Shown: positions 37,584-46,492 of the stretch, one piece after another | Numbering within the stretch: the stretch's first letter is position 1 | Layout of the letters: each line of letters begins with the position of its first letter | Position numbers and translations under genes: made by a program | IMG/VR virus record: IMGVR_UViG_3300037851_000284 | Span: 1-64,000 of that record | Reading direction: 5' to 3' (one strand) | DNA: 64,000 nucleotides | DNA from: a virus | Taxonomy: Duplodnaviria > Caudoviricetes | Notes under the pieces: model-generated | Told to the model about the DNA's origin: nothing | What the model saw: the letters and a program-made list of their open reading frames with translations, nothing else | Databases searched by the model: none

Positions 37584-37940
37584 ATGAAAATTCTAATATT
37601 AGAGGATAGTTCAGATAGGATAGACGAATTCAAGAAAAAACTTGTCAGCCACGAAGTAGTTATAACAAACAAGCCAAGTGAATGTATCAAGTTTCTTGAG
37701 GAAGGGAAATGGGACTATCTATTTCTAGACCACGATATGGGTGTAATATTTGAGAAACCCAGTAAAGGCACAGGTTATGAAGTAGCATTGTGGATAGCAG
37801 AACATACTGAATATTGTCCAAGGCATATACTTATTCATAGTATGAATAATGTAGGTGCCGCTGCTATGATGCAAGTTCTTGGTTCTGTTGGAGTAAGAGC
37901 TACTTATATACCCCTTTTATGGGAAAAGATAAGAATATAA
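37584..37940 (+). CDS. cyclic-phosphate-processing receiver-like domain protein
   Basis: ILILED, LFLDHDMG, TGYEVA, IHSMN. Confidence 0.75.
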   Translation: MKILILEDSSDRIDEFKKKLVSHEVVITNKPSECIKFLEEGKWDYLFLDHDMGVIFEKPSKGTGYEVALWIAEHTEYCPRHILIHSMNNVGAAAMMQVLGSVGVRATYIPLLWEKIRI

Positions 37941-38194
37941 ATTTTAGAGCCAATTCAGCAAAAGAAAGCAACAACAAGGGAAAACCCAGAATAGTAGAAA
38001 TATGGGATAATAGTTGTAATTTTAGGATATTTTGCATTGAGGAAAGAAAACGTATACTCTTTTTTCAATACTGGAAAAGAATTTGTAATGGTAGTCTCTC
38101 AAAGAAATTCAAAATAGAAGAGGAAGCAAGGAATTTCATAAATAACGGATGCCAATTTACACTAATTCGTGGACAAAGAATAATACAGGTATAA
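37919..38194 (+). CDS. hypothetical protein
   Basis: ORF track. Confidence 0.45.
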   Translation: MGKDKNINFRANSAKESNNKGKPRIVEIWDNSCNFRIFCIEERKRILFFQYWKRICNGSLSKKFKIEEEARNFINNGCQFTLIRGQRIIQV

Positions 38195-38300
38195 CATGAT
38201 AAATCTAAGAAATAATTACAAGTGTGAGCAAAAACTTCGTCAGAGTTAAGAAATAAGTATAGAATAGAAAGATCTGGGGAGTGTTTCTATATACAAAAGA

Positions 38301-38343
38301 ACCAGTGATTCTAGGGGTCGTGAGTTCAAATCTCACATACCAA
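38301..38343 (+). pseudogene. 3' half remnant of tRNA, possibly His(GTG)
   Basis: ca-GTG-at, gtgag-ttcaaat-ctcac T arm; no 5' half. Confidence 0.4.
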
Positions 38344-38359
38344 CCCAAGGAGAAATAAA

Positions 38360-38911
38360 ATGGAATTCATACCATTTCCAAAAATACACAGGATATCCAG
38401 ACCTTGTGTTGTTACAGAAAAGATTGATGGCACAAATGCATGTATATGTATTACCAAAGAAGGAGAATTCCTAACTGGTTCACGTACCAAATGGATAACT
38501 CCTTCCGATGATAATCATGGGTTCTCAAAGTGGGCCCATGAGAACAAAGACGAACTGTTAAAACTCGGTATTGGCTGTCATCATGGAGAATGGTGGGGAC
38601 AGGAGATTCAAAGAACATATGGATTAAAGGAAAAGAGGTTTTCTCTATTTAATACATCTAAATGGCTAGACCCACTTGTAAGACCAAAATGTTGTCATAT
38701 TGTACCAGTATTATATGAGGGCTTATTTGACACTGTGGAAATAAACAAATGTCTGGATCGCCTTGCTCAAACAGGAAGCATAGCAGCACCAAACTTTATG
38801 AAACCAGAAGGAATAGTTATATTTCATGTAGCTGGAAATTTTTGCCTAAAAAAGACTTTAAACAATGATGGATTACCAAAGAGTTTGGTAAAGGAGGAAC
38901 AGCATGCCTAG
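38360..38911 (+). CDS. RNA ligase (Rnl2-like nucleotidyltransferase domain)
   Basis: FPKI, TEKIDGTN, HGEWWG, FSLFN, PEGIV, KK. Confidence 0.88.
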   Translation: MEFIPFPKIHRISRPCVVTEKIDGTNACICITKEGEFLTGSRTKWITPSDDNHGFSKWAHENKDELLKLGIGCHHGEWWGQEIQRTYGLKEKRFSLFNTSKWLDPLVRPKCCHIVPVLYEGLFDTVEINKCLDRLAQTGSIAAPNFMKPEGIVIFHVAGNFCLKKTLNNDGLPKSLVKEEQHA

Positions 38912-38976
38912 GATTATAGATTATGAAGATTGGATGGATATTCATAATATGTTAGCAGAAATGAAGTCCTATAATA

Positions 38977-39282
38977 ATGAAGAACCTCCGGAAGAGGAAG
39001 ATGATGATAACATGGGACAAACATCCTGATATAGTTACTAGGAAAAGAACATCTAAACTGGGTATTTGCAATAGATGCGACTCCTTCTCTTCCTTATTTA
39101 CTTCGGGTGATGGTTATTATCTCTGTAGAGAATGTTACAGAGATATAATTGGTAGCATATTTGATACAGAACTAAATGAAAAAATAAATAAGATGAGGAA
39201 AGAAAGAGAATTAAACGCAAGAGAGTTTGATTTTATTAACAGGAGAAAAAGGGGTCTCTGTCCATTAGTACTGAGATGGTAA
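38977..39282 (+). CDS. hypothetical Zn-finger-like protein
   Basis: CNRC...CREC. Confidence 0.5.
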   Translation: MKNLRKRKMMITWDKHPDIVTRKRTSKLGICNRCDSFSSLFTSGDGYYLCRECYRDIIGSIFDTELNEKINKMRKERELNAREFDFINRRKRGLCPLVLRW

Positions 39283-39442
39283 TTCCTTCTTCCTTTTTGA
39301 ATTATTCGGATGATATTTTGTTTCGTTAGGGAACATGAACAAAGTATCAAGATAAGCTGGAGTTTCAACGTTAGTGTTGTACCTGTTCATTACTGGTTTC
39401 TAGTGGTAAGTAACTAAGGGGTAAACACGATATTATCCAATA

Positions 39443-39561
39443 GCGGGTGTAGTACAGAGTTACTTCTGGTTTAATGCGAAAGCAGAGTGGGTCGAATCCC
39501 ACAACCCTATAGAAATATAGGTCTTGTCTCTGTATAATTTGTCTCTGTATAATTTGCCCGC
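39443..39561 (+). ncRNA. Y-RNA-like 1 with tRNA-like domain
   Basis: gcgggTGTAG, gtacagag/ctctgtat, TTACTTC, T-arm gtgg-gtcgaat-ccac, cccgc. Confidence 0.7.
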
Positions 39562-39571
39562 AAAAATTTAA

Positions 39572-39652
39572 AAGAAACTGGGTGTAGATAGCAGATACTT
39601 CACTTTTATTGAAAAAAGCAGAAACCCTGCTATTGATTTAATCAGTTTCTTT
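39572..39652 (+). ncRNA. Y-RNA-like 2
   Basis: gggTGTAG, atagcag/ctgctat, ATACTTC. Confidence 0.65.
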
Positions 39653-39664
39653 TCAGTATAAACC

Positions 39665-39736
39665 TGTGGGTGTAGAAAACTGTTACTTCGACTGCTAATC
39701 GACGCCCGAAAGGGATATCAGTTTTCGCTTTTCCCA
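39665..39736 (+). ncRNA. Y-RNA-like 3
   Basis: gtgggTGTAG, gaaaactg/cagttttc, TTACTTC, gcttttcccac, then U tract. Confidence 0.7.
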
Positions 39737-39758
39737 CTTTTATTTTCTTGGAGGTAAT

Positions 39759-40133
39759 ATGCCTAGAATAAAGGTTGCGTTGTTAATATATAAACCGTTA
39801 TCAGACAATCAAGACCAACAAGATAAAATCCTTCTGGTAGAAAGACCAGATGGAAGTATGTCTATTCCAACAGTACAAGTTGGAGACTATCAAGGGATTA
39901 AGGAATGTATTGACCATTTAGTGAACCCTCACATGGAAATAGAAGAGACGGAACCAATTGGTATCTATGAAGATATGGATATAGAAATACATGATATCTA
40001 CATAGTATACCTGTGCGAAGTTAAAATAAAGGCAACAATCCCTTGTAATTATAAATGGATAACAGGAAAAAGCGTTAGCTTCCAATATAGACATATAGAC
40101 CAAAATTCAAGAGAAATTATTGAGATGTTATAA
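39759..40133 (+). CDS. Nudix-fold protein with degenerate Nudix box
   Basis: ILLVERPDGSMSIP...IGIYE...YLCEV; GX5EX7REUXEE absent. Confidence 0.5.
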   Translation: MPRIKVALLIYKPLSDNQDQQDKILLVERPDGSMSIPTVQVGDYQGIKECIDHLVNPHMEIEETEPIGIYEDMDIEIHDIYIVYLCEVKIKATIPCNYKWITGKSVSFQYRHIDQNSREIIEML

Positions 40134-40140
40134 AATTTTA

Positions 40141-40198
40141 AAGGGTGTAAACAAGAGATACTTCTACCATAATGAAACTCTCTTGCTGCTTTTCCCTT
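40141..40198 (+). ncRNA. Y-RNA-like 4
   Basis: aagggTGTAA, caagag/ctcttg, ATACTTC, gcttttccctt. Confidence 0.65.
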
Positions 40199-40213
40199 TA
40201 TTAACATTACATC

Positions 40214-40277
40214 GGACGGGTGTAGTCGGGAGATACTTCTATAACGGTGAAAAAAACTCCCAACGCTTTACTCGTCC
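40214..40277 (+). ncRNA. Y-RNA-like 5
   Basis: ggacgggTGTAG, gggag/ctccc, ATACTTC, gctttactcgtcc. Confidence 0.7.
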
Positions 40278-40297
40278 ATTTTTAAAAAGGAGAACGT

Positions 40298-41776
40298 ATG
40301 AAAGCGAATACAAGTGCTGAAGGACAGGGACTATCCAAGATAACCGACGGAGTAGTTCTAAATAAAGAAGGAGCAGTGGCTTACGCTCTGAAGGATAAAG
40401 AGAAACTAGTCACAGGTATTTTAACGAACTTCTTTAAAGAGCCTAAATTTTATGGAGATAATACCCCTGAGATAATCGAGACTGCCCGTAAGATTATACA
40501 GGAAGATCCAGAGTTCGTGGCAAAGGCAGCGTGCTTTGCACGTAACAAGTTTCATATGAGATCCATCTCTCATGCTCTTTCCGCCGAAGTAGCAAGAGGG
40601 GCAAAGGGGAATAAAATTGTCCGCAAGATGATCAGAAAAGTCATTGAGCGGGCCGATGATATGACTAACATTATATCATATCATATAAACACATGGGGAA
40701 AGCGTGGGAAAGAAAATCCTATTCCAAGAGGACTTCGAAGAGGTCTAGCCGATGTGTTTCCTCGGTTTGACGAGTATGCACTGGCAAAATACAAAGGAGA
40801 GAGCAAAACCGTCAAACTGCGTGACGTTCTCAAAATGATTCATCCCACTCCAAAGAATAAGGAGCAGGGTGAAATGTGGAAGCGTCTTATTGAGGGAACG
40901 CTGGCTACTCCTGAGACCAGAGAGACAATACTCTCTGATAAAGGACAGTCAAAGGAAGTATGGGAAAGTATCCTAGATGGTAAAGCGGGATACATGATGA
41001 TACTCCGCAACTTGAAAAATATACTTGAGCATGGTATAGATGATACTCATCTAGATAAAGTGTGCTCTCTATTGAAGGATCCTGATGAAGTTCGTTCCTC
41101 AAAACAACTTCCGTTCAGATTCCTTTCCGCATACAGAATGGTTCAAGATATGGGCAATCCGAGAGGAGCAAAGGTATTAGAAACTCTGGAAGATGCTCTT
41201 CTAACATCGACCGAGAACGTACAAAAGCTAAAAGGAATAACTGCTGTACTGACAGACGAATCAGGATCAATGACTCGTCTATTATCAAAAAACTCGTTAG
41301 TTAGGTACAGAGATGTTGGTAATTTGTTGGCAGCCATTTCACACAGAATATGTGATAGTTCTGTTATTGTCCCCTTTGGCACAGATGCTGTAGTATTAAC
41401 ACTTTCTCCTAGATCAAGCGTATTTGATAACATGAAGAGAATGAATAGTTCTGGTGTTGGCCACTCAACCAATGTACACATAGCTCTAGGAAAAGCATTC
41501 TCTGTAAATGTAAAAATAGACAGGATAATCCTGTTCTCAGATATGCAGGCTTATGGATGCTCAGATGGAATAAATTCCATGGTTCAGAACTACAGACGTG
41601 ATAAGAATTCCAACTTATGGGTACATTCTGTAGACCTAGCGGGATATGGAACCACCCAGTTAACGGATAAAGTTAATCTGATAGCAGGATGGTCAGAGAA
41701 GATTCTAGACTACATAGGTCTCGTCGAGAACAGAGGGTTAAGTCTTGTAGAAGATATTGAAAACTACAAGCTGTAA
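40298..41776 (+). CDS. Ro60-like TROVE-domain RNA-binding protein with vWA domain
   Basis: NKEG..AY, EPKFY, KYKG, TPETRE, MMILRNL, QLPFRFLSAY, DESGSM, FSDMQ, GWSEK. Confidence 0.92.
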   Translation: MKANTSAEGQGLSKITDGVVLNKEGAVAYALKDKEKLVTGILTNFFKEPKFYGDNTPEIIETARKIIQEDPEFVAKAACFARNKFHMRSISHALSAEVARGAKGNKIVRKMIRKVIERADDMTNIISYHINTWGKRGKENPIPRGLRRGLADVFPRFDEYALAKYKGESKTVKLRDVLKMIHPTPKNKEQGEMWKRLIEGTLATPETRETILSDKGQSKEVWESILDGKAGYMMILRNLKNILEHGIDDTHLDKVCSLLKDPDEVRSSKQLPFRFLSAYRMVQDMGNPRGAKVLETLEDALLTSTENVQKLKGITAVLTDESGSMTRLLSKNSLVRYRDVGNLLAAISHRICDSSVIVPFGTDAVVLTLSPRSSVFDNMKRMNSSGVGHSTNVHIALGKAFSVNVKIDRIILFSDMQAYGCSDGINSMVQNYRRDKNSNLWVHSVDLAGYGTTQLTDKVNLIAGWSEKILDYIGLVENRGLSLVEDIENYKL

Positions 41777-41787
41777 CCCTCTGATAA

Positions 41788-41820
41788 TACGGGGGATACA
41801 CGACAAAAGTATCCCTCGTA
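41788..41820 (+). terminator. hairpin after Ro60
   Basis: tacgggggatac/gtatccctcgta; weak T tract. Confidence 0.5.
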
Positions 41821-42188
41821 TGTTCTATACTAATGGGATAAGTTAAGTGAAAAGCAAATATTCTAGAGATATAGGAAAATAGATTAGAATAGGCCCCCCT
41901 TTTGCATCTTTTCGGGGCTACTGGACATTTCTAAAAGATACTGGGTTGTTGACTACAACACAGTTAGTATGACTGTATTATACTTGGTAAGTGGGATCAA
42001 ACAACCTGTAGTCCTGTTTATTCCATGCTACCATCTTGATTTATCCCCTTAATTTTATCTTTTGGAGTAACTTTGGATAATACAAGTTTTATTGAACAAA
42101 GGAAAGGAGTATTTTACAAAGTCGCGTCGCTGTAACTGTGACTAGTGCAGACTTCAAAACTCTTTTACAACGTTAGTTAAAAGTAAAA

Positions 42189-42608
42189 ATGACAAGTGTA
42201 CATTTAAGAGACAAAAACAATCTAATAACAATAGCAGTCGCCGGAAAAGTTCCAATAAGAGGAAGAACCTCCTCTAACCAATATTTTCATACCCCATTAG
42301 AATTATTACTGTGTTCCCTTGGTCTCTGTGTTGGAGGGATCATAAATAATTTTTGTCGCGTGTATGATATTAATCCCCTTATATTTGAGGATATTACCAT
42401 ATCTTTCGATGGATTTATATTTATTGTATCTCTAACTAGACCTTCTGATTTCAAGCTAGAGTTTGAAAGGTTGCTAGAGATTTACATAAAAGATTGTTCA
42501 ATAGCGAGAGAACTAAAAAAAGATTTATCCATAAAATGGGGCGTAAACAGCGCACCAGTGGAGAAATTGATAGCAAGAAAAGAAAAGCCTTGCTGTGGAG
42601 GAAACTAA
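42189..42608 (+). CDS. OsmC-like protein
   Basis: PLELLLCSLGLC...CSIAREL. Confidence 0.65.
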   Translation: MTSVHLRDKNNLITIAVAGKVPIRGRTSSNQYFHTPLELLLCSLGLCVGGIINNFCRVYDINPLIFEDITISFDGFIFIVSLTRPSDFKLEFERLLEIYIKDCSIARELKKDLSIKWGVNSAPVEKLIARKEKPCCGGN

Positions 42609-42928
42609 TGGCTTTGAATTTAAGAAGAGGACTATCGAAAGACGATCAAATACAACACGATAAAGAGATGAATCAAAAACCAGTAGTGGTAGATGAAGAG
42701 ATCAACCTTAACAACTGTGTTTTTTGTATTACAGGAACAATACAAGGAATGACCAGAGACCAAGCAGTAAAGAAAATATTGGAGAAGTTTCCAAGCGCAA
42801 GATTCTCACCATCTATGTCCTCAGATGTAGAATATCTTATTACTGGTACTGGATGTGGACAGACAAAATTACGGGTAGCAGCAAGAAGAGGAAGTACACT
42901 AATTGAAGCTAACTCAATCCTAAGGTAA
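42608..42928 (+). CDS. stand-alone BRCT domain protein
   Basis: FCITGT...TRDQA...YLITG...G.TKL..A...G as in LigA BRCT. Confidence 0.75.
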   Translation: MALNLRRGLSKDDQIQHDKEMNQKPVVVDEEINLNNCVFCITGTIQGMTRDQAVKKILEKFPSARFSPSMSSDVEYLITGTGCGQTKLRVAARRGSTLIEANSILR

Positions 42929-42931
42929 TAT

Positions 42932-43159
42932 ATGCCTATATTGCAAGGTAAGTGGGTATCAAGCCATCTAGAAGAACATAGGAGAATGTTTGATAACCTA
43001 TGTGTCATTTTGTCAGATCTAGAACATAGTGACGTAGTATTACCAAGGAACGAAAACGGTGTAATATTATGGAATCAGATATCAGTTGAATTTCTAATTA
43101 ATTTTGCATTGTTAAATGCGACAAAGGTAACACATAAGCATACAGAAGAGTCAGCATAA
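42932..43159 (+). CDS. hypothetical protein
   Basis: coupled ORF. Confidence 0.5.
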   Translation: MPILQGKWVSSHLEEHRRMFDNLCVILSDLEHSDVVLPRNENGVILWNQISVEFLINFALLNATKVTHKHTEESA

Positions 43160-43674
43160 TGAATCATCCCGTTGAAACTATTAGTATATATCTATGTGGA
43201 TATATAGGCGGACCACAAGTTTTAGATAAATGTAAACAATGGCGCCTAGATATAATCAAACATTACAACAATTACAAGGGTCAACGATATCCCATAATTT
43301 GGTTGGATCCAATTAATGGTAGGGACGCAGGAATAACAGATGAACACGGTCTCCAATCCAATGTCCCACCACACGCCATAATTCACAGAGATTATCAATG
43401 TGTTAGAAGATCTGATCTTCTAATAATAAATACTGATACCTTTGGAGAGAAGAGACCACTAATAGGTTCAATATTTGAAATTGCTTGGGCGTGGGAACAT
43501 CATATCCCCATTATAATGATTACAGACGATTCAATATTTGTAAATCATCCATTTACAAATTATGTAGTTTCTCACAGGGTGTCTTCTGTAGAGGAATTAT
43601 TAGAAAAGAAGGTCATAAACTACTATTTCAAAGGGTGGAACGATGCAATTTATTACGAAGAAAGAAAAAAGTAG
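43159..43674 (+). CDS. nucleoside 2-deoxyribosyltransferase-like protein
   Basis: IYLCG, D...VRRSDLLI, GSIFEIAWAW...IPII. Confidence 0.8.
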   Translation: MNHPVETISIYLCGYIGGPQVLDKCKQWRLDIIKHYNNYKGQRYPIIWLDPINGRDAGITDEHGLQSNVPPHAIIHRDYQCVRRSDLLIINTDTFGEKRPLIGSIFEIAWAWEHHIPIIMITDDSIFVNHPFTNYVVSHRVSSVEELLEKKVINYYFKGWNDAIYYEERKK

Positions 43675-44017
43675 TTGGAATAAAAAGGAAATTAGGGCAA
43701 TAAATGAATCTATAGAACACTGGATAGAGATACTATGCGGAGTCATACTAAATCATTTATCTGGTCTTGAATTAATGACAGATATTTCAATGGATGGGGA
43801 CAGTTGCCCTTTATGTAATTTATGTAAAACAAATAACAACTATGAAATCTCCTGCATTTATTGTCCTATAGGTATAGTAGTAAACGCTTTTCATTGTATT
43901 AAAACTCCATTTTATAGTGTAAGATATGCGATGTTTAACGACGATTATGAGAAAGTAGTAAGAGAGATAAAGAAAGAAATCATATTTCTGGAAAAAGTAT
44001 TAAATTACTATGATTAA
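43643..44017 (+). CDS. Cys-rich hypothetical protein
   Basis: paralog of 56278 (HW...CPLC...C..CPI...C..TPF). Confidence 0.6.
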   Translation: MQFITKKEKSSWNKKEIRAINESIEHWIEILCGVILNHLSGLELMTDISMDGDSCPLCNLCKTNNNYEISCIYCPIGIVVNAFHCIKTPFYSVRYAMFNDDYEKVVREIKKEIIFLEKVLNYYD

Positions 44018-44107
44018 CAAACAAAGAAATAGCATCAAAGATTCAAACTGAGCAGACACAAATGATATAGATAATATTATTTAGTCTACTAAAAGCATAA
44101 AGCTGAT

Positions 44108-44425
44108 TTGTACATAAAAAGAGGGATTATTTTAATGCCATATATACCAAGTAAAAGAAGAAGAAATCAGATAGACAAAATAGTAAAAAAAGCGATAGCT
44201 ATAGACATAAAGCCAGATGGAGAGTTAAATTATTTTCTTTTTCGTCTTTTTATCGAATCAGTGACCGAATCCTACAATAATGATAAGAATTATATAGCGG
44301 AACTCACAGAATGTGCTGCTGAGATTAGAAGAAGGTACTTGTCTTCTTATGAAGACATTAAGATAAAGACAAACGGAGACGTAGAGAAATGGAGACCTCG
44401 TGATAAAAAATCCCAAAATAAGTGA
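44108..44425 (+). CDS. hypothetical phage protein (MPYI... start)
   Basis: GELNY...LTECAAEIRRR...YED.KIK.NGDV. Confidence 0.65.
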   Translation: MYIKRGIILMPYIPSKRRRNQIDKIVKKAIAIDIKPDGELNYFLFRLFIESVTESYNNDKNYIAELTECAAEIRRRYLSSYEDIKIKTNGDVEKWRPRDKKSQNK

Positions 44426-44624
44426 TTTTCCTGTATCATCAATTAAGACAGGAGATATAGTACTAGAGTACATATCTTGGGATAATATAAAGAAGGTAAT
44501 GGGAAAAAGATTATACAGGAAATTTATGGAATTCATGCATGGACAGACGTGTATAAGGAAAGGAGTTTATCCTTGTGATATAGAAAACTTCCTAAGACCA
44601 CCAGACAGGAGATTTTTTGACTAA
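44400..44624 (+). CDS. hypothetical protein
   Basis: F..FM.GQT...GVYP.DIENF. Confidence 0.55.
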   Translation: MIKNPKISDFPVSSIKTGDIVLEYISWDNIKKVMGKRLYRKFMEFMHGQTCIRKGVYPCDIENFLRPPDRRFFD

Positions 44625-44711
44625 TGTCTTATAAGAGTAGAAGTAATTACGCTATTGGAATGTGTGTATCTCAGGAACAGTGGGACAAGTGGTTTCCAAA
44701 AGGAGAAAGCA

Positions 44712-45170
44712 ATGAATCTGAGAAGCGATCAACTAACACCGATACAGGAATTAGTAAAACTGTTCCAGAGCAGGAAAGAAAACATAAAAAATAAGTATCA
44801 AATAGAGGAAGAGATAACTAATCAAAATACAAGAATGATACAGTTCTTTCAGTCAGTTTTAAAACCAATAGTAAAACGGACAGGAATCGGGTTTAATCTT
44901 TGTATAGAGGATTATTGTGTTATAGCAAGTATTATGGTTATTAGAAAAGGGAATAGTAGAGTTGAACCAGAATCATTCAGGGTATCAATAACCCTTCCAG
45001 AAATAGAAGATCTACTATCAAGCGCAAAGAATTTTACTTATTATACAAGAATGTTGTATATATGGCTAAGGTATTGTAAGACACTATTGAAATTGTCGCC
45101 AAAGTTTACAATACCACAAGAATCAACAGTTACAGTTACAATAAAAACAAAGACAAGGTACTTTGGATAA
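44712..45170 (+). CDS. hypothetical protein
   Basis: RBS aggag before MNLRS. Confidence 0.6.
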   Translation: MNLRSDQLTPIQELVKLFQSRKENIKNKYQIEEEITNQNTRMIQFFQSVLKPIVKRTGIGFNLCIEDYCVIASIMVIRKGNSRVEPESFRVSITLPEIEDLLSSAKNFTYYTRMLYIWLRYCKTLLKLSPKFTIPQESTVTVTIKTKTRYFG

Positions 45171-45574
45171 TGACGGAAATTAAAGACAGATTCGAAAAGA
45201 GTGAACCTCCTGTATTGATAGGAACGTATACAGGAGGAGGAAAACCTGTATATGTACCCAATAAACCTGGAGAGCTAGGTCCTGGATTCTTCAAAGACAG
45301 ACCATTAAGTATTATGAACAGGATAAAAGAAGAGAAAACAGCACAGGATAATCCTCTAGATGTACAGGTTGGTGGTGACCATTATAAGGATTTCGAAATA
45401 CAACCCATTGTATTCTGCATGAAAAACAAACTCAATGCATGTCAGTCTAATGTCATAAAATATGTGTGTCGATACAATCTAAAAGATGGAAAAAAAGACT
45501 TAGAAAAAGCTAAACACTATATAGAACTACTCATTCGAATGGAGTTTGAAAATGAAAAAGGAACCAACTTATAG
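45170..45574 (+). CDS. DUF3310/SaV-like protein
   Basis: QVGGDHY, NVIKYVCRY..K.G..DLEKA.HY. Confidence 0.85.
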   Translation: MTEIKDRFEKSEPPVLIGTYTGGGKPVYVPNKPGELGPGFFKDRPLSIMNRIKEEKTAQDNPLDVQVGGDHYKDFEIQPIVFCMKNKLNACQSNVIKYVCRYNLKDGKKDLEKAKHYIELLIRMEFENEKGTNL

Positions 45575-46139
45575 AGCTGGTAAAAGATGTTCTATCTACA
45601 TAAAAAAGATGATAGGTAGAGGATTTTGGAAACCAAACGACCGGCTCCCTCAAATATCTAGAATAGCCAAGGTTTTAGACGTATCGGTACCAACTATAAG
45701 AAAAGCTCTAAGCAGGTTCGAGAAAGAAGGAATAATACAGAACTGGGGACATCTAGGATATAGACTAAATTCCCCAAGATCAAACGAATTGAGAAAAAAG
45801 AGCAAATACTCCTTCTGGATTCGACAGTTACGGTTGAATCTAAGATCTTATGATGTATTGAGTAAGGGTGGATTTGAAATACAGAACTGGATAGTGAAGT
45901 TCTGCCAAAAAACCAATGTTATATTCGGATTAGATATAATATCCGGAAACAGAATTAGGTCCTCGTTGGAGGAGATATCTTCCATACTAGTTAACCCGAT
46001 CAGACTTGAGAAAGTGTTAGAAATAAAAGATAGCAATCAGTTTATTCAGAGTAAAAGGAGATTTGATAGACAGAGACTCCTTCTCCCTCTTGCTACCTTG
46101 GTTAACAGAAACAAAAAGTTATTGGGTATAGATGCATGA
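45546..46139 (+). CDS. GntR-like winged-HTH protein
   Basis: G.WKPNDRLP...A..L.VS..TIRKAL..L..EG. Confidence 0.7.
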   Translation: MKMKKEPTYRAGKRCSIYIKKMIGRGFWKPNDRLPQISRIAKVLDVSVPTIRKALSRFEKEGIIQNWGHLGYRLNSPRSNELRKKSKYSFWIRQLRLNLRSYDVLSKGGFEIQNWIVKFCQKTNVIFGLDIISGNRIRSSLEEISSILVNPIRLEKVLEIKDSNQFIQSKRRFDRQRLLLPLATLVNRNKKLLGIDA

Positions 46140-46492
46140 ATATAATATATACTGATTCGTGCCATCCATTAATGGTAGAAAAAGTAAGATTAGAGTTATC
46201 AATGGGACTTGTGTTGGGAATAAATAGAGAAGCATGGACACTGAATGATGCCATGTCAATAATAACTCATCCCAACGTAATAGTAGCTGTAATTAACTCT
46301 ATAAACGAGTTTACTGTATTGGAAATGGCAATGTTGCACTTTATGTGCAAACCAATAGTAGTTACATCCAAGTCTATAAACTCGTACCCTGTTTTAGCAA
46401 ACAGGATAGTAGACTTTATAGAACCAACGTGTAATCTACTCGAAGAGAACAATTCCTTCATAGAGTGGTTTAAAAGATGGCAAAGGGAATAA
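46136..46492 (+). CDS. hypothetical protein
   Basis: coupled ORF. Confidence 0.55.
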   Translation: MNIIYTDSCHPLMVEKVRLELSMGLVLGINREAWTLNDAMSIITHPNVIVAVINSINEFTVLEMAMLHFMCKPIVVTSKSINSYPVLANRIVDFIEPTCNLLEENNSFIEWFKRWQRE

